Of a stretch of 29,893 nt of DNA, positions 1 through 7,459 are shown in pieces. Source of the stretch: an uncultured virus (IMG/VR IMGVR_UViG_2061766007_000756). Taxonomy: Duplodnaviria; Heunggongvirae; Uroviricota; Caudoviricetes. The translations under genes were made by a program, and so were the position numbers. Each line of letters starts with the position of its first letter. Position 1 is the stretch's first letter. The DNA is taken from IMG/VR virus record IMGVR_UViG_2061766007_000756. One strand, given 5' to 3'. The notes under the pieces are model-generated. The model was given only the letters and a program-made list of their open reading frames with translations. It was not told where the DNA came from and searched no databases.

Positions 1-441
1 ATTATCTCTAAACCATTCTTGAATAATTCGACGCTCAGAGCATGGATTATCGGTAGCTTCATGCACTATTAAAACAACTATTGGTTCTTCAGTAAAGCCT
101 TCTTTTTCTTGCACAGCTTTACCAATAGTATAAATACGCTTGATAATTTCTTTAAAATCAAGCATATCTAATTGTTTACGATATGCTCTTAAAAACTGAC
201 AGAATTGCGGGTCCCCGTTATTACAGTACTCAGGGCCGCGACACAGTCCCTCACAAAGCGGGCCCGGCGCAAACGGCTCAGCACGCAAACCATTCCAAAC
301 TCCATTTTTATCTTTCCACTGAACCCTCTGGTCTCCAGTGTTCTGGTGAAACCATTTCGGATCCCAGATCGCTGTCGACAAAGGTATCATATTAGGTGTA
401 AAGAACCTGATTTGATAAAAATATGAAGTCATGATTCGCAT
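1..441 (-). CDS. DUF488-like protein, runs off the window edge
   Basis: Manual translation gives MRIMTSYFYQIRFF...YRKQLDMLD...VVLIVHEATDNPCSERRIIQEWF with no stop; the TSYF, YxxQL and ExxxxxCxRR pattern resembles DUF488. Absent from the ORF track because it is truncated. Confidence 0.65.
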   Translation of the reverse strand, partial: MRIMTSYFYQIRFFTPNMIPLSTAIWDPKWFHQNTGDQRVQWKDKNGVWNGLRAEPFAPGPLCEGLCRGPEYCNNGDPQFCQFLRAYRKQLDMLDFKEIIKRIYTIGKAVQEKEGFTEEPIVVLIVHEATDNPCSERRIIQEWFRDN

Positions 442-596
442 CGTTTAATCTCCGCTTGTAGAAGGTGATAAACAGCCTCAGCCAATCCATGAATTACACG
501 ATCTTGCCAGATGTCTTCTCTATTGGCTGTTCTAATCAGGCATTCTTCTACATTTTCTAAATCTTGAATTAAAGTTTCTTTCTTTGGTGATGCCAT
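429..596 (-). CDS. small hypothetical protein (55 aa)
   Basis: MASPKKETLIQDLENVEECLIRTANREDIWQDRVIHGLAEAVYHLLQAEIKRCES*; overlaps the start of the next gene. Confidence 0.6.
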   Translation of the reverse strand: MASPKKETLIQDLENVEECLIRTANREDIWQDRVIHGLAEAVYHLLQAEIKRCES

Positions 597-740
597 AACT
601 CACATCAATCCTTTCTTTAATTGTGTACTCATGAGGGGCATACCACTTTCCACTTGAGGTCCATATTCATTTATATACCGCGCCAAAACCTCCTTTGTGG
701 TTCAACTGCCATTGTGCCCACGGCCATCCGCGCGGTTTAA

Positions 741-814
741 TACTCCCCCTGGGACTCGAACCCAGGACCTACGGTTTATAAGACCGGCGCTCTTACCTAC
801 TGAGCTAGGGGAGC
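741..814 (-). tRNA. tRNA-Ile(UAU)
   Basis: Cloverleaf; anticodon loop CU-UAU-AA; T loop GGTTCGAGTCC. Confidence 0.9.
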
Positions 815-817
815 ATA

Positions 818-890
818 TGCGCCCATCGGGACTTGAACCCGAGACTCCGAAATTAAAAGTTTCGTACTCTACCAACTGAGTTATGGGCGC
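818..890 (-). tRNA. tRNA-Lys(UUU)
   Basis: Cloverleaf; CGAAA-CUUUUAA-UUUCG anticodon arm. Confidence 0.93.
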
Positions 891-977
891 TGATAAAAAA
901 ATTGGGCATAACTGATAATCAAGAAAGAGAGGGGTTAAAACGATTACCAATTATGCCCGAACAGAAAGGAAACATAC

Positions 978-1037
978 CAAGACTCCTATTTTTAATTATC
1001 CAAAATGTATTAAAAATAAATAGCTGTACAAGTCTTG
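978..1037 (-). ncRNA. ACAGCAA-stem element E1 (shortest, ACAGCUA variant)
   Basis: AAGACUUGU-ACAGCUA...GGAGUCUU terminal stem. Confidence 0.5.
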
Positions 1038-1038
1038 A

Positions 1039-1109
1039 AGCATCAAACGGGGATCGAACCCGTACCTAAACCTTGGAGGGGTCTCACGCTACCATTACGC
1101 CACTGATGC
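1039..1109 (-). tRNA. tRNA-Gly(UCC), atypical C33
   Basis: Cloverleaf; loop CC-UCC-AA; U73. Confidence 0.85.
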
Positions 1110-1197
1110 GAGATTAGGGTTTCTTTATTCGTTGCCACCCTAAAACAATCGAGGGGAAAACAGATAAGGGAAAACAGAATTCTTTCCTTACATATAT

Positions 1198-1226
1198 ATT
1201 ATAACAAAATTTTTAAAAGTTGTCAA
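1198..1226 (-). promoter_or_regulatory. sigma-A-type promoter; first of 17 near-identical minus-strand copies. The -10 boxes start at 1198, 2598, 5130, 6729, 7048, 8893, 11819, 12469, 14543, 15059, 19394, 20842, 20954, 22746, 25186, 26996 and 29858
   Basis: TTGACA/TTGATT-type -35, 17-nt A/T-rich spacer, TATAAT; most copies share the downstream ATATAT(G/A) sequence. Confidence 0.85.
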
Positions 1227-1281
1227 GGAATCGTGCGGGTAGCCGGACTCGAACCGGCACGGGTCGAACCCGAGGGATTTT

Positions 1282-2028
1282 CTTACTACTCTATGTTACC
1301 ATAGCCACATTTCTGTGTTGTAGTCTGGACTATGTCTTCACCATATCTGATGACTTAGGTGGTTGGTGTATAGTCTCTACACTCAAATTTAAGGGCTTTA
1401 TTACGGCCTCTATATGTTTCTGTTAAAGCATGACAGTTGGGGCATAAATATCGAAGATTCTCTATTCGATTATCTGTATTTTCGCCATTAATATGGTCTA
1501 CTTCTAAAGCGATTATACCATTTTGCCAATGACCATCACATCCGCAAGTTTGACATTTATATTCAAGCAATTTGTGTCGTTCAATATATCCTCTCAAAAC
1601 CTTTTGAGTAACTGGACTATTTTGAATAAATACTTGTTCTAAAGTATATAATTCTCTTGATGGATTATTGTCTTGTTGATTTGGACTATCTTGCCATCTT
1701 TGTCCTGTAAAATGAGATATATCAATTCCAAATTCTTCAATTTTTTTTCTTAAAGTAGCTTGACTTCCGCCACCTTGCTTGCGGCCAGCTTTTCTTAATA
1801 CTTCTGCATAAGAATAGCTGCTTTTACATAATTCATTTAGCCATTCTTTATCATATTGACGCATAAACATGACCTCCTTATTTTCTACTTTATTTGAAAA
1901 TTAAGTCTGCCATTTTAATAGCGTCTGCCCAAAAATTTTAGCTCGGCGTTATCTCAGTAAGACTTTCACCGAATTAGCCAACATTCACATCAGAAGTTTC
2001 CTATCTGAGTGCTCCACGGATTTCTCCG
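1282..2028 (-). mobile_element. group I intron carrying an HNH homing endonuclease
   Basis: 5' exon ends in U and the intron ends in G; P7 elements AGAGACUA and AAGACAUAGUCC; same insertion site as the classical trnL(UAA) intron. Confidence 0.9.
1355..1870 (-). CDS. HNH homing endonuclease
   Basis: CQTC...LEVDHINGENTDNRIENLRYLCPNCHALT; AAGGAGG RBS. Confidence 0.92.
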   Translation of the reverse strand: MFMRQYDKEWLNELCKSSYSYAEVLRKAGRKQGGGSQATLRKKIEEFGIDISHFTGQRWQDSPNQQDNNPSRELYTLEQVFIQNSPVTQKVLRGYIERHKLLEYKCQTCGCDGHWQNGIIALEVDHINGENTDNRIENLRYLCPNCHALTETYRGRNKALKFECRDYTPTT

Positions 2029-2450
2029 AAGTCCCTTGCGTCTACCTATTCCGCCATACCCGCTTAGTTTCGTTTCGAGTAATTAAAGAGGTCAAAACGC
2101 TTCCACTTTCGTGCATACCTCTAAGCTCCTCTTAATTAATACATAAGGATTTGTTTAAGGTGATCGGTCCACTGGGCGAATATTAAGTGCAATACCCTTT
2201 TTCTCAGCACTCCTTATATATATCATTAAATAGTGATAAGTTTTTCTACGAAAAGAATTTAAAGACCCTTTCTAAGATAATCGGATTTGCTGATTTAGTA
2301 CTTTCAATTATTTAGACTGTATTCTTCGTAGTTCACTATTTTTTCTAATATCTCTTNNNNNNNNNNNNNNNNNNNNNNNNNNNNNNNNNNNNNNNNNNNT
2401 TTCTTATTCTGTTTACTTCTTGTTCAAGTGGTGGTATAAAAGTTTCCTCT

Positions 2451-2568
2451 CAAGACGGCTCATGAGTATTTTTTAGTGCTGGAATCGAACCAGCTTAGAT
2501 TGTTTTACAGACAATTTGCGATCCAAAACGCTTAATATTCTTGAAGAATGATTGCTGTATCCGTCTTT
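2451..2568 (-). ncRNA. ACAGCAA-stem element E2 enclosing a degenerate tRNA-Tyr(GUA)-like cloverleaf
   Basis: AAGACGGAU-ACAGCAA...CCGUCUU; inner AUUGU-CUGUAAA-ACAAU arm and GCUGG-UUCGAUU-CCAGC T arm; 7-nt insertion before the acceptor 3' strand. Confidence 0.7.
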
Positions 2569-2780
2569 TTATATGATAATCTTTATTTTCTATATATATT
2601 ATATCAAATTTTTTAGGAAAAATCAATTACNNNNNNNNNNNNNNNNNNNNNNNNNNNNNNNNNNNNNNNNNNNNNNNNNNNNNNNNNNNNNNNNNNNNNN
2701 NNNNNNNNNNNNNNNNNNNNNNNNNNNNNNNNNNNNNNNNNNNNNNNNNNNNNNNNNNNNNNNNNNNNNNNNNNNNNNNN

Positions 2781-2836
2781 ACACGGTTACTGGTGGTTTT
2801 CAAGACCACTGCCTTACCAATTAGGCTTAAACCTCC
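2781..2836 (-). tRNA. tRNA-Ser(UGA), 3' part in an assembly gap
   Basis: GGAGGUU..., D loop, GUGGU-CUUGAAA-ACCAC. Confidence 0.85.
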
Positions 2837-2838
2837 AA

Positions 2839-3165
2839 TTATAGACTGCTTTCCACATTTTCCAGCAGGCTTCTTGCGATAATGAGCGCATTATCAGCAT
2901 CTTCGACATATGCGTGCATCTTTTCAAGTCTGCGGCAAGCCCGACTCACTTCTTCACTTGCTTTGATGAATTCACGGTTTGCCCTGGCCGCACGCTTCTC
3001 AGCGATCTTAACACCACAACGAGCCTCAGCTAGCTTCTGGCCAGAACTTAAATCGAATGTGTCTCTTGGATCACACTTGGCAACTCCGCGCACGGTCTTG
3101 CCAGCATAACTAGAAACGGCAACAACTTTGTTTTTATCATCACGATAAATCTTATAATTGTGCAT
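2839..3165 (-). CDS. hypothetical phage protein
   Basis: 108 aa, AAGGAG RBS, GxAKCxPxDxFD motif followed by a coiled coil. Confidence 0.8.
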   Translation of the reverse strand: MHNYKIYRDDKNKVVAVSSYAGKTVRGVAKCDPRDTFDLSSGQKLAEARCGVKIAEKRAARANREFIKASEEVSRACRRLEKMHAYVEDADNALIIARSLLENVESSL

Positions 3166-3195
3166 TTAAAAACTCCTTATAAAGTAATGATATAG

Positions 3196-3268
<73 letters not shown>

Positions 3269-3346
3269 AAGTATCGGTTTTTATCGTGACCGACAACACG
3301 CGGGTACCAGTTTATCGATTTTCAAGTCGGTACCCAATAACTATAT

Positions 3347-3958
3347 TTAATAATAGTTCACAGAACTAATTACACAAAGTGTTTCATAATCGACATATGC
3401 TTTTTCTTTATGCCAATTATCTTGCACAATAATAAATCTTTGAGTTTTCCCATTAACTAAATATTGTGCATACCCAACTATTGTTATAGAATGGTCTTTA
3501 TAATATCCTCGGCCATCATTCCATAATGATAGAATCATTGGCTTATTCTAATCTACTGATTTAACGATAGTATTAAAAGTATAACCAATGCCTTTCAAGT
3601 ATCCGGATTTCCATTTTGTTTTTTTATTAACAAGCTACTTTTCTGCTCGTTCCAAAATGGCGTTTATAAACAATGGAAATGTACCAAATTTACCAGTATA
3701 ACCAAATTTTTTTGCATGTGACTCAACAACATCGTAGATTTCTTGAATTGGTTTATGATATAAAAATTCCAATAGACAAGTCATAGAAGTCAATGTACAA
3801 TCACTTGCCAATCCATAATCTTCTTGTAGTAATGGAATAACACCCCCTACTACTTTATACTTCTATGGAACCATATGGATAATATTTCCATATTTTTCTT
3901 GTAAGTATTGCTATAATGAGTCTTGTGTAATAGGTTTATACTATAAATATTTTTTCAT
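3347..3958 (-). CDS. C39-like (papain-fold) cysteine peptidase, 203 aa with 5 in-frame TAG read as Gln
   Basis: GGAGG RBS plus ATG at 3958; TAG at 3941, 3911, 3863, 3635 and 3548; no TAA/TGA until 3347; Q..SDCTLTS, DHSITIVGY and VQDNW catalytic pattern. Confidence 0.8.
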
Positions 3959-4045
3959 ACTTGCGCCCTCCGTATCCAAAAGGCGAAAATCGAAGCACTT
4001 AGGTGCGCCAGCCGCACATTGTTTAATCTCTATTTGCTTAGAAAG

Positions 4046-4117
4046 AGCAAGTAGTGGGAATTGAACCCGCATCTGATGCTTGGCAAGCACCCGTGATAAC
4101 CATTATACTATACCTGC
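4046..4117 (-). tRNA. tRNA-Gly(GCC)
   Basis: Cloverleaf; loop UU-GCC-AA. Confidence 0.92.
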
Positions 4118-4279
4118 TGGTTAGGCGAGTTGGATTTCCACCAACATTCTCCCCCTCCTTTGGGGGTGTTTTCTACGCAGCTGGCCAAGCCGCCGATCTA
4201 TTTCACAAGTAGGTCAATTCTTATATACGTCTATACAAGTTAACTGCTGCCTTGAGAATAGCGTTGTAACTATCGCCTA
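4118..4279 (-). ncRNA. 162-nt tRNA-like RNA with a greatly expanded D region, ending in ACCA
   Basis: 7-bp acceptor UAGGCGA/UCGCCUA+ACCA; T-like arm GUUGG-UGGAAAU-CCAAC; CCCCC/GGGGG arm; ~90-nt insert inside a GUU/AAC D stem. Confidence 0.65.
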
Positions 4280-4280
4280 G

Positions 4281-4831
4281 AGCCCCCAGCCGGAGTCGAA
4301 CCAGCAACCTGCTCATTTGTATATCAATCACTCATAACGCTTTAAGACTTTTTCCAGTTCATAATTTTCTGCTAAACTGATACCTTTTTTTTGTCCATTT
4401 GAAGGATAAGTGTAACGCAAATTTTTTTCAACACCACATTCTTCAACTGGTACTAAATAGCATTTTCCATTATAATAAGTAGCAAAATAATCAATTTGAT
4501 CCTTATTATAAGATTCATAGGTTACACCAGTACTATTATTATGGGTAGACCTACATGCAAACTTAAAACATTCGTCGCTTACAAATCGAGAAGTTTTACA
4601 CTGAACCTTTAAAAGAGTTCCATTTACATCAAGAATAAAATCATAACGGCAGTTTTCTCCATATGGAATACTAACCTTACAACCTAATTCATAAAATGCA
4701 GTTAAACATCTTAGTTCGGTAAGATTTCCCTTTTCTTTAGAAGTAAGTTCCACTTTTTCAACCTCCTTTTTAAGAAGTCTTAAAGCAGAAAGATATACAA
4801 GTGAGCTGCTCTACCATTGAGCCATGAGGGC
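4281..4831 (-). tRNA. tRNA-Thr(UGU) interrupted in the anticodon loop (5' half 4797-4831, 3' half 4281-4317)
   Basis: Joined halves give a complete cloverleaf with GCUCA-CUUGUAA-UGAGC, C2-G71 and U73. Confidence 0.85.
4328..4753 (-). CDS. PD-(D/E)XK homing endonuclease (PDDEXK_5 / I-Ssp6803I-like)
   Basis: KGNLTE...YDFILD...LKVQCKT...YNKDQIDYFATY; GGAGG RBS, GTG start. Confidence 0.85.
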   Translation of the reverse strand: MELTSKEKGNLTELRCLTAFYELGCKVSIPYGENCRYDFILDVNGTLLKVQCKTSRFVSDECFKFACRSTHNNSTGVTYESYNKDQIDYFATYYNGKCYLVPVEECGVEKNLRYTYPSNGQKKGISLAENYELEKVLKRYE

Positions 4832-4834
4832 AGA

Positions 4835-5112
4835 TGGACCTGAGGGGAGTCGAACCCCTGTCCGAAACTAATACTAAATATGATTGTTTACGCTGTTATC
4901 CGACCAAGAAAAAATGGAAATAAATGATGCATGTCATGCGATTGTTTTTGACCCTCAGTAGCTACCATCGCGATCTGCCACGTTTTGGGGGCTGAACTCA
5001 AGCAGCCATTCTATAAGCGTAATTGTCGTTTATATTTAGAGTTTTTGATGGTAACGCCATCACTCGAGCGCAATCATATCATTCTTAACCCCGTCGAAAC
5101 CTTGACAGGCCC
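4835..5112 (-). ncRNA. ssrA: tmRNA, tag (A)DNYAYRMAA
   Basis: 5' GGGCCUGUCAAGGUUUCGACGGG; 3' GGUUCGACUCCCCUCAGGUCCA with G3:U70; AUAAAC-GAC resume context and tag ending GCU GCU UGA; own promoter at 5130-5158. Confidence 0.93.
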
Positions 5113-5163
5113 TTATTTCTTACATATATATTATAACAAAATTTTTCTAAAAAATCAAGAAAA

Positions 5164-5303
5164 AATCCTTGATGTAAGGCATCGCCCAGGTCTACTCTGT
5201 GCGCGCTAACTTGCGGTCGCCGCACACTACCAGCCTCTTTCTATGCATGATTGCATAAGAACCTTTTTCCATTGACCTTTTGGCTATCCTTACAGCAAGG
5301 ATT
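5164..5303 (-). ncRNA. unassigned stem-closed structured RNA (rod with central bubble)
   Basis: AAUCCUUG.UGUAAGG pairs with CCUUACA.CAAGGAUU; inner AGGUC/GACCU and hairpins. Confidence 0.45.
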
Positions 5304-5496
5304 CCCAACGAATCGTGAAGTCTCAGTTTAAGCGGCGAAGCTCGCAAGGAAAATTGGGAGTTCCTTCCTCTGACTTCAACGACCGTTTCACGAAGTTAAT
5401 ATGCCCCGCAATTAATAATAATATACAGCTCCCACTGACCAATATAGACGGGTACCTCGTCTAATAGGATTTTAGAAATGTAAAATAGAAGTGAAA

Positions 5497-5564
5497 TGCA
5501 AGTTATTCGTTTTCTTTTTCAAGAAATCCAAGAGCGCGACGTGGACGCTACTTGCTTCGCTCTC
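5497..5564 (-). ncRNA. HDV-like (theta-type) self-cleaving ribozyme in the tRNA-Tyr 3' trailer
   Basis: P1 GAGAGC/GCUCUU with G1.U; P2 GCAAGU/ACUUGC; P3 GCG/CGC; L3 UCCACGU; P1.1 CC/GG; P4 UUUCUU-GAAA-AAGAAA; J4/2 CGAA. Confidence 0.85.
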
Positions 5565-5567
5565 GCG

Positions 5568-5650
5568 TGGGCCGCCCTGGAGTCGAACCAGGTGAGCCTT
5601 AGGCACCTGATTTACAGTCAGGCCCGCTTCCACATACGGTATACCGACCC
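5568..5650 (-). tRNA. tRNA-Tyr(GUA)
   Basis: Cloverleaf; CCUGA-CUGUAAA-UCAGG; long variable arm. Confidence 0.93.
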
Positions 5651-5659
5651 ATATTACAT

Positions 5660-6270
5660 TTTGAAAAATTGCGTGAACCTTCGCTCTACAACATTATATT
5701 CTCTGTTTATTAGACTACCGAGGAAACAAGTCTGAGCCATAGGGAGCGACCCCATAACTTCTTGCCCCACCCGTTTTCCACGGGCACAGGTTCTTCACCT
5801 TTAATCTCGGACGGGATTGATTACCCGCAACTTTCACCCACCATTCAGAGTTTTCAGCAATAATGGTTCAAAATACCATTCTTAATCAAACATTAGAAAT
5901 TCTTCGCGCTTTGGGCTACTTGTGCACCGACCTTGTCTTATAGCCTTATTTCTAAGGCGTCACCGCGAACTTCCTTATTGGCATTCCTTGGTTTGTAATT
6001 GGTGCCACCCAATCACCTAACAAGGATTATTCCCCACAGGGGCGTCTATTATGGAAGCGACAAGACATCGTCCTAACTTGAGAATATAATTTGCGCCACC
6101 GCCCCACGGCACTCCCTCATTTAAGGAAGTAGTTCCAATTTGTCACCAAAAAGGAATTTTGCTTCGCTCCTAAGTATCCCAAGGAGTTGCTTAGCCGCTT
6201 TACGAGATTAACCCTACGGTGCCTCAGCACAATGGCATTCGCTCTGCACTGAGTTACGCAATTTTTCAAA
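5660..6270 (-). ncRNA. large (~610 nt) structured RNA of ROOL/GOLLD class; size favours ROOL
   Basis: 15-bp terminal stem TTTGAAAAATTGCGT/ACGCAATTTTTCAAA, many internal hairpins, no credible ORF, located in a phage tRNA array. Confidence 0.6.
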
Positions 6271-6503
6271 GTGCTTGTAAGAATTAGTAGAAAGCACCAT
6301 CGCCACGACAAGGCTTCTTACTTGATGGTGGGCAAAACGGTTTTACAGGTTGACCGTAAACCCTGGTAGTGTGGCTGCGCCCAAGGATTCACCCCGCGGC
6401 CGCAAATCGCTCTTTAAAAGATGGACTCTTCTAATCCTACTTCCTACCATCTATCTCCACTGGACTTACATATGATTTCTAACCATATCGCCAGGAGTTT
6501 TCA

Positions 6504-6576
6504 CAGGGCCGGGTGGATTCGAACCACCGCAATGCAGGAGTCAAAGTCCTGTGCCTTACCGCTTGGCGACGGCCCT
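6504..6576 (-). tRNA. tRNA-Gln(UUG)
   Basis: Cloverleaf; CAGGA-CUUUGAC-UCCUG. Confidence 0.93.
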
Positions 6577-6585
6577 ATTTTTACT

Positions 6586-6702
6586 CAAGACTCATCTTTG
6601 TTACTGATCTACCTCTGATCTATCTACACTATTTTGTGGCGTGTGGAATGGGATTCGAACCCACGACATATAACTTGCGTTATGTTTGCTGTATGAGTCT
6701 TT
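6586..6702 (-). ncRNA. ACAGCAA-stem element E3 with a circularly permuted tRNA module (Y-RNA/YrlA-like topology)
   Basis: AAGACUCAU-ACAGCAA, GCAA hairpin, T arm, acceptor stem closed by a GCCACAAAAUA loop, D arm, AUGAGUCUU. Confidence 0.75.
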
Positions 6703-6772
6703 TCTTTCTTTTTTCATCTTACATATATATTATACCAAATTTTTTCTAAAAAATCAATTTGTGATTTTTTAG

Positions 6773-6846
6773 TCGGGGTTGCCGGATTCGAACCGACGAC
6801 CTCTTGATCCCAAATCAAGCGCTCTACCAAACTGAGCCAAACCCCG
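6773..6846 (-). tRNA. tRNA-Pro(UGG)
   Basis: Cloverleaf; CUUGA-UUUGGGA-UCAAG. Confidence 0.93.
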
Positions 6847-6852
6847 TATTAG

Positions 6853-6926
6853 TCCTGCTCCTGAGACTCGAACTCAGAACCTCTCGGTTATCAGCCGAGT
6901 GCGCTAACCTGTTGCGCCAGGGCAGG
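6853..6926 (-). tRNA. tRNA-Ile(GAU)
   Basis: Cloverleaf; CUCGG-CUGAUAA-CCGAG. Confidence 0.92.
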
Positions 6927-6937
6927 TAATTTACCCC

Positions 6938-7019
6938 TAGACCCTATAAAGTGAGCCAAGTAAAATTCTAAAAATGAATTTGTGATCGCATCCTTGAGGA
7001 AGTTTGCTGCATGGGTCTA
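6938..7019 (-). ncRNA. ACAGCAA-stem element E4 (GCAGCAA variant)
   Basis: UAGACCCAU-GCAGCAA...AGGGUCUA; inner AAAUUC-AUUUUUA-GAAUUU hairpin with a 7-nt loop; follows the promoter at 7048. Confidence 0.6.
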
Positions 7020-7076
7020 AAATGCTTTTTTCATCTTTTGTATATATATTATATCAAAATTTTTCTAAAAAATCAA

Positions 7077-7196
7077 CCTGCGGGTACTTTCCGCGACAGC
7101 CGCTTAACCAATTCGACTTTCTTAGCTTTCACTAATGAGAACATCACGTATTGTCGGTCCTGTCCTCCCTATCGTTAGGCTTCCACTTGCCGCAGG
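7077..7196 (-). ncRNA. unassigned stem-closed structured RNA
   Basis: CCUGCGG/CCGCAGG closing stem; inner GACAG/CUGUC and small hairpins. Confidence 0.4.
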
Positions 7197-7203
7197 TCGG
7201 TCA

Positions 7204-7275
7204 TACCCTGAGAGGGAATCGAACCCCCACCCCAACGTCCGTAGCGTCGTGTTCTGTCCATTATACTACCAGGGC
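7204..7275 (-). tRNA. tRNA-Arg(ACG)
   Basis: Cloverleaf; loop CU-ACG-GA. Confidence 0.9.
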
Positions 7276-7281
7276 TTAAAA

Positions 7282-7455
7282 CTCCCCAAGCGCCAACTTG
7301 AGGAGCGATATTGTTCGTTGGCGCAAACAATATTTTTCGTGTCATTTCGGGGGACACCGAAAGCTATCCGAGTATTGTACGGCGTCACTTTCAAAACCCG
7401 CTTAGCTAAACCAACCAATGCTTTCATATCCAGCTGGATATTACTTACCCTTGGC
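7282..7455 (-). ncRNA. unassigned RNA with kissing-loop hairpins
   Basis: Adjacent hairpin loops GCGCCAAC and GUUGGCGC are exact complements. Confidence 0.5.
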
Positions 7456-7459
7456 AGAA

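Larger units (their letters stand above)
1234..2063 (-). tRNA. trnL: tRNA-Leu(UAA) split by a group I intron (exon1 2029-2063, exon2 1234-1281)
   Basis: Joined exons give AGGGA-CUUAAAA-UCCCU with a long variable arm; insertion after U34. Confidence 0.92.

Noticed and set aside
697..950. ORFs 697-879 and 702-950, and similar ORFs at 1220, 4985, 5496, 6117, 6421, 6513, 7135-7541, 10848-11275 and 13993-14496
   Set aside because: They overlap tRNA or ncRNA genes and lack RBSs; shadow ORFs.
3274..3300. Resemblance to the 5' part of a pistol ribozyme
   Set aside because: P2, P3 and the cleavage-site strand are absent; kept only as a mini pseudoknot.
5291..5298. UUGCUGUA in the 5164-5303 RNA is complementary to the UACAGCAA handle
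   Set aside because: Only 8 nt and largely sequestered in its own stem; probably chance.
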